IMG/VR virus record: IMGVR_UViG_3300028029_000006
Location: 88,236 to 152,235 of that record
Length of the DNA: 64,000 nucleotides
Direction: 5' to 3' (one strand)
Origin: a virus
Shown here piece after piece: positions 48,214 to 58,405 of the stretch; the stretch's first letter is position 1; each line of letters opens with the position of its first letter. The translations under genes and the position numbers were made by a program. The notes under the pieces were generated by a model. The model saw nothing but the letters and a program-made list of their open reading frames with translations. It was not told where the DNA came from and did not search any database.

Positions 48214-49148
48214 TAATATAATTGCAGCTTATAAAACAGGAAGAACTGGTCCTGATATTTCTAAAGAGTTTAATGTATCAACATCAAAAATATATAGAAT
48301 ACTCAAAAAAAATGGGATTATTCCTAGAAAAAAATCAAAATTAGAACTTTTTAAAGGTGAATTAATTAACAAATACAAATACGGAAAATCTATTGTTAGT
48401 CTTGCTAATGAATTTGTGGTTTCGCAAGAGTGCGTTAGGAATTTGCTTATTGCCAATAGTGTGCGCTTAAGAGGGCCTAAAGAATATGGTAAAGAATATG
48501 GTAAAAAATATAATATTAATGAAAATTATTTTAACGATATTGACTCAGAAGTTAAAGCGTATGCATTAGGTTTTATTTTAGCAGATGGCTCCTTAATTTC
48601 TGGCAGTGGGAAATCTCGTAGCCATATGGTAACAATAGAAATTCAAGAACGAGATCGTTATATATTAGATTTTATCAATAAAAACATGTGTCATAATAGG
48701 CCTTTGTATGTTAGACGTGCTAGGCAAGATACTTGGCAAAATACCGTTACGTTAAAAATAATTAGTGATAACATTTATAATCAGTTGCTTAAGCTGCAAC
48801 TAGGCCCTAATAAATCATTTAATTGTAAGTTTCCCTTAATTAACAATAAATTAATTAAGCATCTTATTCGTGGAATTTTTGATGGTGATGGGGGAGTTTT
48901 CTTTAAGACACCTAGGTGTGGCGAAGTTAGTTTTATTGGGTCGGTTGAGGTATGTGATGCTATTCAAAAAATATTAATAGAAAATAAAATATCTTGTAGA
49001 TTAGTTAATTTAAATTATTATTCTAAACCGCTTGGTAGGGTTTTAATTGAAAGAATGAGTGAAATAAAAAAAAATTGCAGAATTTATTTATGAGGATGCA
49101 TCTGTTTGTTTGAGCAGGAAGCGGGATACTTTTTTTAAATTTGAGTGA
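48197..49148 (+). mobile_element. HTH + LAGLIDADG homing endonuclease, C-terminus frameshifted in an A9 run
   Basis: YFNDIDSEVKAYALGFILADGS and LIRGIFDGDG. Removing one A at 49066-49074 gives the expected tail KIAEFIYEDASVCLSRK to TGA 49146-49148. Confidence 0.78.
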
Positions 49149-49153
49149 TTAAA

Positions 49154-49879
49154 ATGACTGTTTATTTTAAAGAATTGGGTAAGCTTGGTAGAATGGGTAA
49201 TATTCTTTTCGAGTCAGCGGCGGCAATTGCCTTAGCTTTAAGGACAAATGACTCATTTGGTTTTCCGACTTGGGAATATCAAGATGATTTTAATTTACCT
49301 GAAAGGAGCAAAAACAATGTTATTACTAATACAGTTAATTATGATGAGCCTAGCTTTCATTTTACCCCTATTCCAAGGCATACTAAGCATGATTTAAATA
49401 TTCATGGGTATTTCCAGAGCGAACTTTATTTTATTGATTATGAGGATGAAATTAGGAAGCTTTTAACACCAAAATATAAAGGTAATCATCAAGAATATGC
49501 ATCTATACATGTTCGTAGAACTGATTATTTAACTCATGTTGGTTGTTATAATATTTTGGATATGAATTATTATGAAAAAGCTATGGAAGCATGTCCTAGT
49601 AAAAAGTATTTAATATTTTCGGATGATATCGAATGGTGCAAGAAGCATTTTATAGGAAATCAATTTGATTTTTCAGAAGAGAAGCATCCAGTTAAAGATT
49701 TTTCCAACATGATCAGTTGTACTAACCATATAATTGCAAATTCTTCCTATTCATGGTGGGCCTCCTGGTTAGATAGCGATTCCGAGACTGTGGTGGCACC
49801 AAGAAGGTGGTTTGGGCCTAAGTTGGCACCCACACATGACGAAAAAGATTTAATCCCTTCTAGGTGGCTTAAGGTGTAA
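49154..49879 (+). CDS. GT11 alpha-1,2-fucosyltransferase
   Basis: GRMGNILF, HGYFQS, SIHVRRTDY, FSDDIEWC, IIANSSYSWW, VAPRRWF. Confidence 0.9.
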   Translation: MTVYFKELGKLGRMGNILFESAAAIALALRTNDSFGFPTWEYQDDFNLPERSKNNVITNTVNYDEPSFHFTPIPRHTKHDLNIHGYFQSELYFIDYEDEIRKLLTPKYKGNHQEYASIHVRRTDYLTHVGCYNILDMNYYEKAMEACPSKKYLIFSDDIEWCKKHFIGNQFDFSEEKHPVKDFSNMISCTNHIIANSSYSWWASWLDSDSETVVAPRRWFGPKLAPTHDEKDLIPSRWLKV

Positions 49880-49888
49880 AAAATAAAC

Positions 49889-50869
49889 ATGATTAAAGTA
49901 TTATATCTCCCATTAAATTTTGGCCAAATAATCCAAGAAGGAAATTACGATGCGTTCCGGGAAGCTGGATGTCATCTTGATGTATTTGATTATTATACTA
50001 TTTATCTTAATAATAATAAAAACATCAATAAAGTTAGAGAGTTGTTTATTAATGTGGTTAAGAAGGTAAAACCAGATCTTCTTTTTATGCAAATTCAACA
50101 TACAAATATTATTAATGGTGTTACTGTTAATAAAGCTAAGAGACTAAATCCAAATATGGTTGTATCCAATTGGACGGGTGATTCCCGAGGGTTTGTTCCT
50201 AAAACATATAAGGATGTAGCTCGGGTTTCGGATTATAATTTTATATCATCAACTGGTCAGTTGGATATGTTTCGAAAAGAAATTGACAAACCGGTAAACT
50301 ATTTACAAATTGGGTATAACCCTAAGTTATATTACCCAGATCCTAAGCCTAATAATAATTTTACCTGGGATTGTATTTTTGTGGCTAATCACAACCCTAA
50401 AGAAAAATATCCAGGAACTAGAGAAAGAACTAGGACTTGTGAATTGTTAAGAAATAAGTTCAGAGAACGATTTTGTTTGTATGGAGATGGTTGGTCAAGA
50501 AAGCTTAGATCGAAAGGTTCCATTGATCAAAAAGTTTTAGCGACAACATATCATAAATCCAAAGTTTTGATAAGCGTTTCTCACTTTAACGATATCGATC
50601 ATTATTTTTCTGACAGGCTCTTAATGTGCATGGCTTCGGGTCGTCCAACGATATCTTATAGATTTCCTAAATACGAATCTTATTTTGCGAATAAGGGCGA
50701 TCTTGTTATAGCAAATACTATACAGGAAATAGGAGACAAAGTAGATTGGTTAATTAATAATCCAGATATGGCTGATTTTATTGGACGATCTGGCGCTGCC
50801 AAAGTATTTGCCGAACATACTTATTTAAGTAGAGTTAATGAATTATTGAAAATGGTTGGGCTTAGGTGA
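49889..50869 (+). CDS. CgeB/DUF3880-like glycosyltransferase
   Basis: WTGDSR, IGYNPKLY, SDRLLMCMASG, KVFAEHTYLSRV. Confidence 0.75.
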   Translation: MIKVLYLPLNFGQIIQEGNYDAFREAGCHLDVFDYYTIYLNNNKNINKVRELFINVVKKVKPDLLFMQIQHTNIINGVTVNKAKRLNPNMVVSNWTGDSRGFVPKTYKDVARVSDYNFISSTGQLDMFRKEIDKPVNYLQIGYNPKLYYPDPKPNNNFTWDCIFVANHNPKEKYPGTRERTRTCELLRNKFRERFCLYGDGWSRKLRSKGSIDQKVLATTYHKSKVLISVSHFNDIDHYFSDRLLMCMASGRPTISYRFPKYESYFANKGDLVIANTIQEIGDKVDWLINNPDMADFIGRSGAAKVFAEHTYLSRVNELLKMVGLR

Positions 50870-52161
50870 GTAAAAAGTTAGGAATTAGAACTTGTCGAGA
50901 GGCAGCATTGCTAAACAATGGGCTTTGTTTAAGCGATAAATATGGCAAGATTCAAGACGCTTATAAGTGGAAGTGTAGCCAAGGTCATGTTTGGGAAACA
51001 TCATTCGTTTCAGTTAGACAGGGTTCTTGGTGCCCAAAATGTGCATTTAAAAGCAATAGAACAATTGATAATTGTATTGATTTGGCAAAATCTCGGGATG
51101 GTTATTTTTTAAGCGAAGAATACACAAATGCTAAAACTAAATATATCTGGAAATGCAAGGAAGGGCATATTTGGAGAGCCACTTATGATTCAGTATCTTC
51201 TAAAAAAACTTGGTGTCCATCTTGTTCCAACCGAAAAAGAAAAACAGTAAAAGACTGTCAAAACTTAGCCATTAAAAATGGCGGAAGTTTCCTTAATGAG
51301 AGATACTCTAATGCTCATACTAAATATAAGTGGAGGTGTAAAGAGGGGTGTATTTGGGAAGCCACATATAATCAAATAGAACAAGGTTATTGGTGTCCGA
51401 AATGTTATGGCGCAATTAGCATTCAGGATTGTATTGATATTGCTACCGCTAAAGGTGGGAAGTTCCTGAGTGAATGTTATGTTAATAACAAAACAAAAAT
51501 GTTGTGGCAGTGTAAGTATGGGCATCAGTGGGAGTCTAGCTTAGCGTCTATTAAGTATAAGAACCGCTGGTGCCCAAAGTGTCAAGGTTTTAATAGCAAA
51601 AGAAATCCTCCAACCACACAAGATTGTAATAAAATAGCAAATTCTAATGGGGGCAAATTTCTTAGTAGTGAATATGTAAAATCAAATTCTAAGTATTTGT
51701 GGGAATGTAAAAAAGGTCATAAGTGGAAATCAACATATAATGCTGTTCAGCAAGGATATTGGTGCTCTAAATGTAGAGCCTCTAAAAGTCAGAGATATAT
51801 TTATAATATTTTAAAAGAGCATTTTAGTGCTTGCACAGTTATGTTTAACTATAAAGATTTTGATTGGTTGAAAACTTCTGCTAGGGGTAAGATGGAGTTG
51901 GATATATTTGTTATTGAGCTAAAGTTAGCAATAGAATATGATGGGGAACAGCATTTTATGCCTGTAAAGTTTGGTGGTATGTCAGAAAAGCAAGCTGCAA
52001 AAGCCTTCAGCAAGCAAAAGGAAAGAGATATTATTAAAAACAATCTCATTAAACAAAACAGCAATGATGTTAAGTATTTTGTAAGGTTTAATTATAAAGA
52101 AAATTTAAAAAAAGAATACATTATTGATAAGATTAAGTTAGTAACACATGAAAATCTATAA
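50866..52161 (+). mobile_element. Zinc-ribbon-repeat endonuclease, 5 repeats plus C-terminal nuclease
   Basis: Five WxCxxGHxW...WCPxC units, then MELDIFVIELKLAIEYDGEQHF. Confidence 0.78.
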
Positions 52162-52314
52162 TTGTTTCCAAGATATTGTTAAAAAAGTTGAATAATTAAT
52201 TAATAATCCAGATATAGCTAATTTTATTGGAGAATCTGGGCGGCCAAAGTTTTCGCAGAACATGCTTATTTAAGCATAGTTAATGAATTATTAAAAATGG
52301 TAGGTTTAAAATAA
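52154..52314 (+). pseudogene. Decayed duplicate of the 3' end of the CgeB-like gene
   Basis: Colinear with 50708-50869: QDIVKKVE*LINNPDIANFIGESG/AKVFAEHAYLSIVNELLKMVGLK versus QEIGDKVDWLINNPDMADFIGRSGAAKVFAEHTYLSRVNELLKMVGLR. It carries a premature TAA and a 1-bp deletion. Confidence 0.88.
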
Positions 52315-52932
52315 ATGGCAGACACAAAAGAGCATCTGGATTTAGTTGATCGTTTTTGTAAGGTAAACGATGTTAAGCATTTAACAACAAAGTACCCACT
52401 TGATAAAAGTAGTGTTATTTTTGATGTTGGAGCTTATACTGGCGGTTGGGCATTGCGAATGTATGATTTATATGAGTGTCCAATTTATTGTTTTGAACCA
52501 GTTAATAGTAGTTTTTTAGCCTTAGAAAAAGCTACCAATCATTGTGATGATATAGTGAATTTTAATTTTGCTCTTAGTGATAAAAACGGTCATCGTGAAA
52601 TAAATGTGCAAAAAGATGGTTCTAGTTTCTTTGTTTCTTCAGGCGAGTGTGAGTTGGTTAAAGAAAGAGATATGGTTGAAGTGCTTGATGAGCTAAATTT
52701 AAATCAAGTTAGCCTTCTTAAAATAAATATAGAAGGAGCTGAGTTTGATTTATTAGAACACCTCATTGCAAATGATAAACTAAAGGAATTTGAACATATT
52801 CAAATACAGTATCATAGAGAAGTGTTAAATTTTGATGTGAGACGAAATTTTATACAAACTGAGCTACATAAAACTCATAATAAAAATTATGACTATGCTT
52901 TTGTGTGGGAAAGTTGGAGCAAAAAAACATAA
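52315..52932 (+). CDS. FkbM-family methyltransferase
   Basis: VIFDVGAYTG, YCFEP, LLKINIEGAE. Confidence 0.85.
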   Translation: MADTKEHLDLVDRFCKVNDVKHLTTKYPLDKSSVIFDVGAYTGGWALRMYDLYECPIYCFEPVNSSFLALEKATNHCDDIVNFNFALSDKNGHREINVQKDGSSFFVSSGECELVKERDMVEVLDELNLNQVSLLKINIEGAEFDLLEHLIANDKLKEFEHIQIQYHREVLNFDVRRNFIQTELHKTHNKNYDYAFVWESWSKKT

Positions 52933-53687
52933 TGAAAGCATTAGTATTAACATATGATAAGAGATTTGAATTTTCTGAATTAGTAGTCAAGTCATATAAT
53001 ACACTTGCACCTAAGCACCAGCTTGAATTCCTCATCCCATACAATGATGTTTTACCTTCTTATGCATCTAAGTATAACAACATTACATGGGTTAAGGCTG
53101 AGTCAAGCGTTAAGAAAACTATGGCCGCCCTTTTGAAGGGAATACCAGATGATGAATTTATTTATTGGTGTTTGGATGATATCTATCCTCATAAAATATT
53201 AGATCTAAATTTGTTTTATGCTATGCATAACCACGTTGTTGCTGGCAATGTTAAATGCAACGCATTGCGTTTTATTAATCATGACACGCTTAATGGGGCT
53301 GAATCTGGAGTAAATACTCAGCTTGGAGATATGGTATTTGTTAATACTAATTTTTCAGTTTATGGGTTTTGGTTTCATCAATTCATGCAAGCTAAAATAC
53401 TCAAAAGATGTTTTTTGTCTGACAGAATAACAGATAATCATACTATGGAAAAAATTGGAAATGACAGGGATGTTAATCCTCATCTTTATACTCATAATAT
53501 TTGTGTTCCTCGTAAATATATAGCTATTTTTGGTGAAACAACTCGGGCTGCCAATATTATGACCAAAAATTGTAAGGAAGCTTTTGAATTATACAACATT
53601 AATTATAAAGATAAGCAAATGATGGAAAGCGTTTTCAACAATAGACCAATTCGTTTGTTGGATAAGGTGGTTATTGGGTTTTTATGA
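52932..53687 (+). CDS. Hypothetical protein, GT-A-like
   Basis: ALVLTYD...FIYWCLDDIY (DD motif) in the glycan island. Confidence 0.4.
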   Translation: MKALVLTYDKRFEFSELVVKSYNTLAPKHQLEFLIPYNDVLPSYASKYNNITWVKAESSVKKTMAALLKGIPDDEFIYWCLDDIYPHKILDLNLFYAMHNHVVAGNVKCNALRFINHDTLNGAESGVNTQLGDMVFVNTNFSVYGFWFHQFMQAKILKRCFLSDRITDNHTMEKIGNDRDVNPHLYTHNICVPRKYIAIFGETTRAANIMTKNCKEAFELYNINYKDKQMMESVFNNRPIRLLDKVVIGFL

Positions 53688-54613
53688 TGTTTAGTAAGGT
53701 AATATTTTTCAATCATCATCATAATGGTGATTTGCATTTGTCACGTGGTTTAGTAAGACATACGATACAGGTGCTGTCTGGATTAGATCCAAATATTGAG
53801 GTAGTGTATACTCATAGTAATGGTCCATATGTACTAAAAGATATTAATGCTAAGTATGATGGTAATATAATTAATACCCTTTCGCAATCAGCTGGGTCGT
53901 ATATTAAAGATAATTGTTTATATATTAACACATGGTATGGTGCTGATAACTTTATATTTTTGAATAAGTATGGTATTAGTTTTGATTGTTTATTCTTTAT
54001 ATTTGATGAGTTATTTAAAAAACACTTTAATCTCACTTTACATAGAGATTTTCGTTCGCTTTTTCCAATAATTTCGTTCGATGAATATCGAATTAATTCT
54101 TCTAAGCAGTGGTTAGATGATCATAAAAACTTTAAAAAAGTTCTCGTATCAAATGCTCAAGCAAAATCTGGGCAAGCCCCAAATTTTAATTTCATACCAG
54201 CTATAAAATCTTTAGCACTCAGCTGCCCAAAAACAATATTCATAATTACTAATAAAGAACCAGGAATTAATTTTAAATCACATGCCAATGTAGTTTTTTC
54301 TCCTGATATAATTAAATCAAGTGATACAGATCTTAATGAAAACGCTTTTTTAGGAACATTTTGTGATATTATTGTCGGTAGAGCATCCAGTGTGTTTACA
54401 TTTTGTTTTAATCAGAAGACATTATTTAATCAGGATGTAAAAATGGTTTCGTTTTCTTATGAGACCGAAAATTACGCACATTATTTAAAATCTGATTGGC
54501 TTGGCGAGTCGTTACGCAGTAAAATTGATTACAAAACGAATATTACGCACTCATCAGCTAATAATGGAAATGCAGCTTGTAAAATCATAAAAGGACTTCT
54601 TAATGGTAAATAA
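53684..54613 (+). CDS. Hypothetical glycan-island protein
   Basis: FFNHHHNGDLH...CDIIVGRASS, weakly GT-B-like. Confidence 0.35.
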   Translation: MMFSKVIFFNHHHNGDLHLSRGLVRHTIQVLSGLDPNIEVVYTHSNGPYVLKDINAKYDGNIINTLSQSAGSYIKDNCLYINTWYGADNFIFLNKYGISFDCLFFIFDELFKKHFNLTLHRDFRSLFPIISFDEYRINSSKQWLDDHKNFKKVLVSNAQAKSGQAPNFNFIPAIKSLALSCPKTIFIITNKEPGINFKSHANVVFSPDIIKSSDTDLNENAFLGTFCDIIVGRASSVFTFCFNQKTLFNQDVKMVSFSYETENYAHYLKSDWLGESLRSKIDYKTNITHSSANNGNAACKIIKGLLNGK

Positions 54614-55589
54614 AATATATGTTACATTTGTGAATAAGCCGGATGATTATTTAAAAAATCACAGCGCGAACCCTGCTATATCACATTTTGTTTATCATGC
54701 CATTAAAAAGAAGTTTGGGAAACGAGTAGTATCAGCATTGTGGACTGATGATCTACCCCTAAGTGGTAACGATCTTTTAGTTACCATACTTCCAAATCAA
54801 AATTTAAACAAATGGAAAAGAAGTATCGTTGTTACCAATGATACATTTGATGTTGATAAATGGAAACATGGCAGGTTTAGGAAATATGGTTTAAATCTTC
54901 AAACAGATCATACTATTTCTTACAATTGTCAAATTAAAGATATTTTGGCAGGATTTTGGATGACAAATGATTTAGCTATTAAAAGGTGGAATGCAGATGA
55001 TCCGCAGGTAGCTGAAAAGAAGAGGTGGTTACAAGCAAATACTGGTAAAACAGTATTAACACAAGCGCCTCTTGATAAGGATTATTTGAAGCGCCTTTAC
55101 GATCCAAATAAGCGATTTAATGATTTGAGAATGTTGATTTATCATGACGGTTGGCGCAAAAATGCTCAACAATTAATCACTTTGCTTAATAAGCATGGTT
55201 GTCAACATAAATTCGATGTGATTAGCAGTATGGATAAAGAAGATGACAATAATGTGAAAAGATATTTGGCCAAGTACGCTTATTTAGCACATACATCGGT
55301 TTCTGAGGCATTTCCATATTTCGCCAGCGATTTATTATGCCAAGGAATATTGTTGTATGGACATGAAGAGTGGTGGCATGGATATGGTAATGATTGTCTT
55401 ACTTGGTCATATGATCCTAAAAAAGAAGAGGAAAATATTACTAAATTAAAGAAAATATTATCAAATCAATTTATTGGAAAATACCATGAACTTCGTCAGA
55501 GTGTTTGGGCAAAACATATGGGGCGAACGGATAATAACTGGGATTACTTCACTGATTTAATAGTTCAAGAAGTAGAGAAGCACATATGA
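54603..55589 (+). CDS. Hypothetical protein, possible GT-B fold
   Basis: AHTSVSEAFPY...LLCQGILL resembles a GT4 C-terminal motif. Confidence 0.35.
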   Translation: MVNKIYVTFVNKPDDYLKNHSANPAISHFVYHAIKKKFGKRVVSALWTDDLPLSGNDLLVTILPNQNLNKWKRSIVVTNDTFDVDKWKHGRFRKYGLNLQTDHTISYNCQIKDILAGFWMTNDLAIKRWNADDPQVAEKKRWLQANTGKTVLTQAPLDKDYLKRLYDPNKRFNDLRMLIYHDGWRKNAQQLITLLNKHGCQHKFDVISSMDKEDDNNVKRYLAKYAYLAHTSVSEAFPYFASDLLCQGILLYGHEEWWHGYGNDCLTWSYDPKKEEENITKLKKILSNQFIGKYHELRQSVWAKHMGRTDNNWDYFTDLIVQEVEKHI

Positions 55590-56173
55590 AAAATACGAAA
55601 GAGAGAATCTATCTTACAAAAGATAACCTTGAAGCTCAGCGAGGTGAAGCGAGATATTGGCGACACATTGAAAGATACATATCGGTTCGTTCTGAGGTAT
55701 ATGGCAATGTTCTTGATTTAGCATGTGGGGTGGGTTACGGAAGTCATTTACTTGCTATGAATCCAGATGTTGATTGTGTAATTGGTTGTGATATAGATGA
55801 AGAAGCTATTGAGTTTGCTAATAAAGAATACGCTAGTGATAAGGTGCTTTTTTGTTCAGATGTTAAACAAAAAGATTTGAAAATAGATGTTCTTGTATCA
55901 ATAGAAACTATAGAGCATATAAAAGACATAAATATATTACCACAGATGGCTAGAGATCTTCAGATTCCAAAACTGATAATATCATTTCCTCATATTAAAA
56001 GCACGCATTTTAACTCATATCATTTTCATGATTTTAACACACAACAGATAAAGGATTTGTTTCCAGAATGGGTACTTATCGATGAGAATAAGATACATCA
56101 TGATGTAACGATTTTGCAGTTTGTTGCCAATCCAAAAAGCTGGAAAACAACAATCAATGATACCGATTTATAA
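55586..56173 (+). CDS. Class I SAM-dependent methyltransferase
   Basis: HIERY...VLDLACGVGYGS...GCDID...SIETIEH. Confidence 0.85.
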   Translation: MKNTKERIYLTKDNLEAQRGEARYWRHIERYISVRSEVYGNVLDLACGVGYGSHLLAMNPDVDCVIGCDIDEEAIEFANKEYASDKVLFCSDVKQKDLKIDVLVSIETIEHIKDINILPQMARDLQIPKLIISFPHIKSTHFNSYHFHDFNTQQIKDLFPEWVLIDENKIHHDVTILQFVANPKSWKTTINDTDL

Positions 56174-57275
56174 ACCATATCTACCAAAAGCAACTTTAAG
56201 GTATTCTCATGACGCCATAGATTCTGGATGGCTTTCCAAAGGGAAATATATAAATATTGTTCAAGAACGTTTGCAAGAACTACTTGAGGTTAAACACGTT
56301 TTGTTAACGAATAATGGTACCAGTGCAACTCATTTAGTAGCTAAAGCGTTGCAGAAAGAACATCTTGACTCATCTCAAGGTGAGTTTAAGTTAGAGGTTC
56401 TTACACCTGATAATGTGTATGTTGCGGCATGGAACTCTCTTATATATGATCAGGATTTGATTTTAAAGCCTATTTCAGCAGATGTTGATTCGTGGAATTT
56501 TGATTTATCAATTTTAGATGATACAAAAAATCATAGAGATGCAATATTTGTTGTTCATAACTTAGGTAACATAGTGAATGTTCCAGAGCTACAGCGTAAA
56601 TATCCAGAAACGGTTTTTGTGGAAGATAACTGCGAGGGTTTTTTAGGTAAATATGAGGGGCAGTATTCGGGAACAGCATCATTAGCTTCTTCTATTTCTT
56701 TTTTTGGTAACAAAAATATCACATCTGGAGAAGGTGGGGCGCTAATAACAAACAATACTGATTTATATGAGTATGCAAATTGTATTCATGGACAAGGTCA
56801 GTCAAGTGAGAAATTTATTCATAGTCATCTTGGTTATAATTATAGGATAACTAATATTCAAGCGTCACTTCTTTTAGGGCAGTTAGATGTACTTGATGAG
56901 ATTATTGAGAAAAAACTTGATATATTTGAAAGTTATAGAAAAGCTTTTTTTGATAGAGAAGATATTAAAACCCAAAAAATAGATTGCAATACAGAACATT
57001 CCAATTGGATGTTTGCAGTTAGGATAATTGGAAGTCATGGGTATGCCCATGCAGAGCAATACTTCAAAGACAAAGGTATAGAAGTTAGACCGATGTTTTA
57101 TCCTATAATAGCTCATAAACATTTGGCCCATCATGAAGGTATTACATACGTAAATACAGATACATCAGAGTTATTGAATAAAGAATGTTTTGTTTTACCA
57201 AGCTACCCAGAATTAACGCAAGATGAAGTTAATTATATAGTTGTGTGTGTTAACGAATACGTAAAAACACTATAA
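56157..57275 (+). CDS. DegT/DnrJ/EryC1/StrS sugar aminotransferase (perosamine-synthase-like)
   Basis: NNGTSA, EDNCE, SFFGNKNITSGEGG, GYNYRITNIQA, VRPMFYP, LPSYP. Confidence 0.88.
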   Translation: MIPIYKPYLPKATLRYSHDAIDSGWLSKGKYINIVQERLQELLEVKHVLLTNNGTSATHLVAKALQKEHLDSSQGEFKLEVLTPDNVYVAAWNSLIYDQDLILKPISADVDSWNFDLSILDDTKNHRDAIFVVHNLGNIVNVPELQRKYPETVFVEDNCEGFLGKYEGQYSGTASLASSISFFGNKNITSGEGGALITNNTDLYEYANCIHGQGQSSEKFIHSHLGYNYRITNIQASLLLGQLDVLDEIIEKKLDIFESYRKAFFDREDIKTQKIDCNTEHSNWMFAVRIIGSHGYAHAEQYFKDKGIEVRPMFYPIIAHKHLAHHEGITYVNTDTSELLNKECFVLPSYPELTQDEVNYIVVCVNEYVKTL

Positions 57276-57294
57276 ATAAAGTGCGTTGTGAAAT

Positions 57295-58071
57295 ATGAAT
57301 ATTTACCTTTGTGGCTATAATAAGATAGGTTGTGATGTTTTGAATTACCTACTTAATGATTGCTTATTTGTAGAAAATATAGCTGTATTTACTCACAAAC
57401 CAAATATGTTGCATATTCCAGATATTAGGGATATAGCTAGTAAAGCTGGGTTATGGCATACTACTAAAAGCGTGAATGACATAGAAGCTCCTTTTAAGCC
57501 TGATATTATTGCCAGTGTTTATTATCGTAATATTATTAAAGATCATATAATTGATAAAGCTAAGCAGGGATGTTTTAATATACATCCATCGTTGCTCCCA
57601 AAACATAGAGGTTGTTCCTCGATTCCTTGGGCTATAATTGAAGGAGACAAACTTACTGGTGTTACGTTTCATTATATAGATAAAAATATTGATACTGGTA
57701 ATATAATTTTACAGGCATCTATTCAAATTGACCAACAAGAGACTCAGAAAATATTGTACGAGAAATGTATGCGAAAGGGTGCTGAATATTGGCCTGCCGC
57801 TTTTCATTTGGTTTGCAATAATTTTAAAGGTTTTCCGCAGGAAGGATTGGGCAATTACAATAAACGTGGTGTTCCATATGAAGGAACGATTGAGGATTTT
57901 TTTGCTAAAGAAGAAAACGTTTTAGATTGGAGAATAAAGCTTGATAGATTTTTAAGGGCTATGAATTACCCACCATACCCCTACGCTACATATAAGGGTA
58001 TTGAGGTGAAGACTTTGGAGGAATTTGCCAAGTTGGAATACAATATTTGTAAGGAGATTAAAAATGGCTGA
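57295..58071 (+). CDS. Sugar N-formyltransferase
   Basis: FNIHPSLLPKHRG, WAII, TGVTFH, IDTGNII. Confidence 0.85.
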   Translation: MNIYLCGYNKIGCDVLNYLLNDCLFVENIAVFTHKPNMLHIPDIRDIASKAGLWHTTKSVNDIEAPFKPDIIASVYYRNIIKDHIIDKAKQGCFNIHPSLLPKHRGCSSIPWAIIEGDKLTGVTFHYIDKNIDTGNIILQASIQIDQQETQKILYEKCMRKGAEYWPAAFHLVCNNFKGFPQEGLGNYNKRGVPYEGTIEDFFAKEENVLDWRIKLDRFLRAMNYPPYPYATYKGIEVKTLEEFAKLEYNICKEIKNG

Positions 58072-58372
58072 TACATTAGGAAGTTTAATTGATAAATTGT
58101 GCACTGTAGATTTGAAAATGTGGAATAATCAAGAAATTCTTTATGAAATTCGTAGAATGACATTTGATGAGTATAAAGAAAAATATTTTTCCAGTAAAGA
58201 TGGTGCTGAAGAGCTTTGGGTCTGTTTAAAGAAAGTTTGCGATCTTAATGTACAGAGAAATCATCTTATAGATGAAGTTGACGAGAAGGTTGTTGAAATA
58301 GTTAAAGCCGCTACTAGTGGAGAAGAACTAGATAATGGTAAGTTTATTCAACGTAAACATAAAACCTATTAA
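58064..58372 (+). CDS. DUF4254-like small helical protein
   Basis: TLGSLIDKL...MWNNQE...DLNVQRNHLIDEVD. GGAG SD before ATG 58064. Confidence 0.55.
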   Translation: MADTLGSLIDKLCTVDLKMWNNQEILYEIRRMTFDEYKEKYFSSKDGAEELWVCLKKVCDLNVQRNHLIDEVDEKVVEIVKAATSGEELDNGKFIQRKHKTY

Positions 58373-58405
58373 TAGTAATATTCAGGTTCAAGTTTGGAGA
58401 TTAGC

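Noticed and set aside
13142-49148. 3'-end duplications beside the other four nucleases (13142, 31662, 40701, 48197)
   Set aside because: Downstream sequence was inspected and no relic of the upstream gene was visible; these abut the next gene directly.
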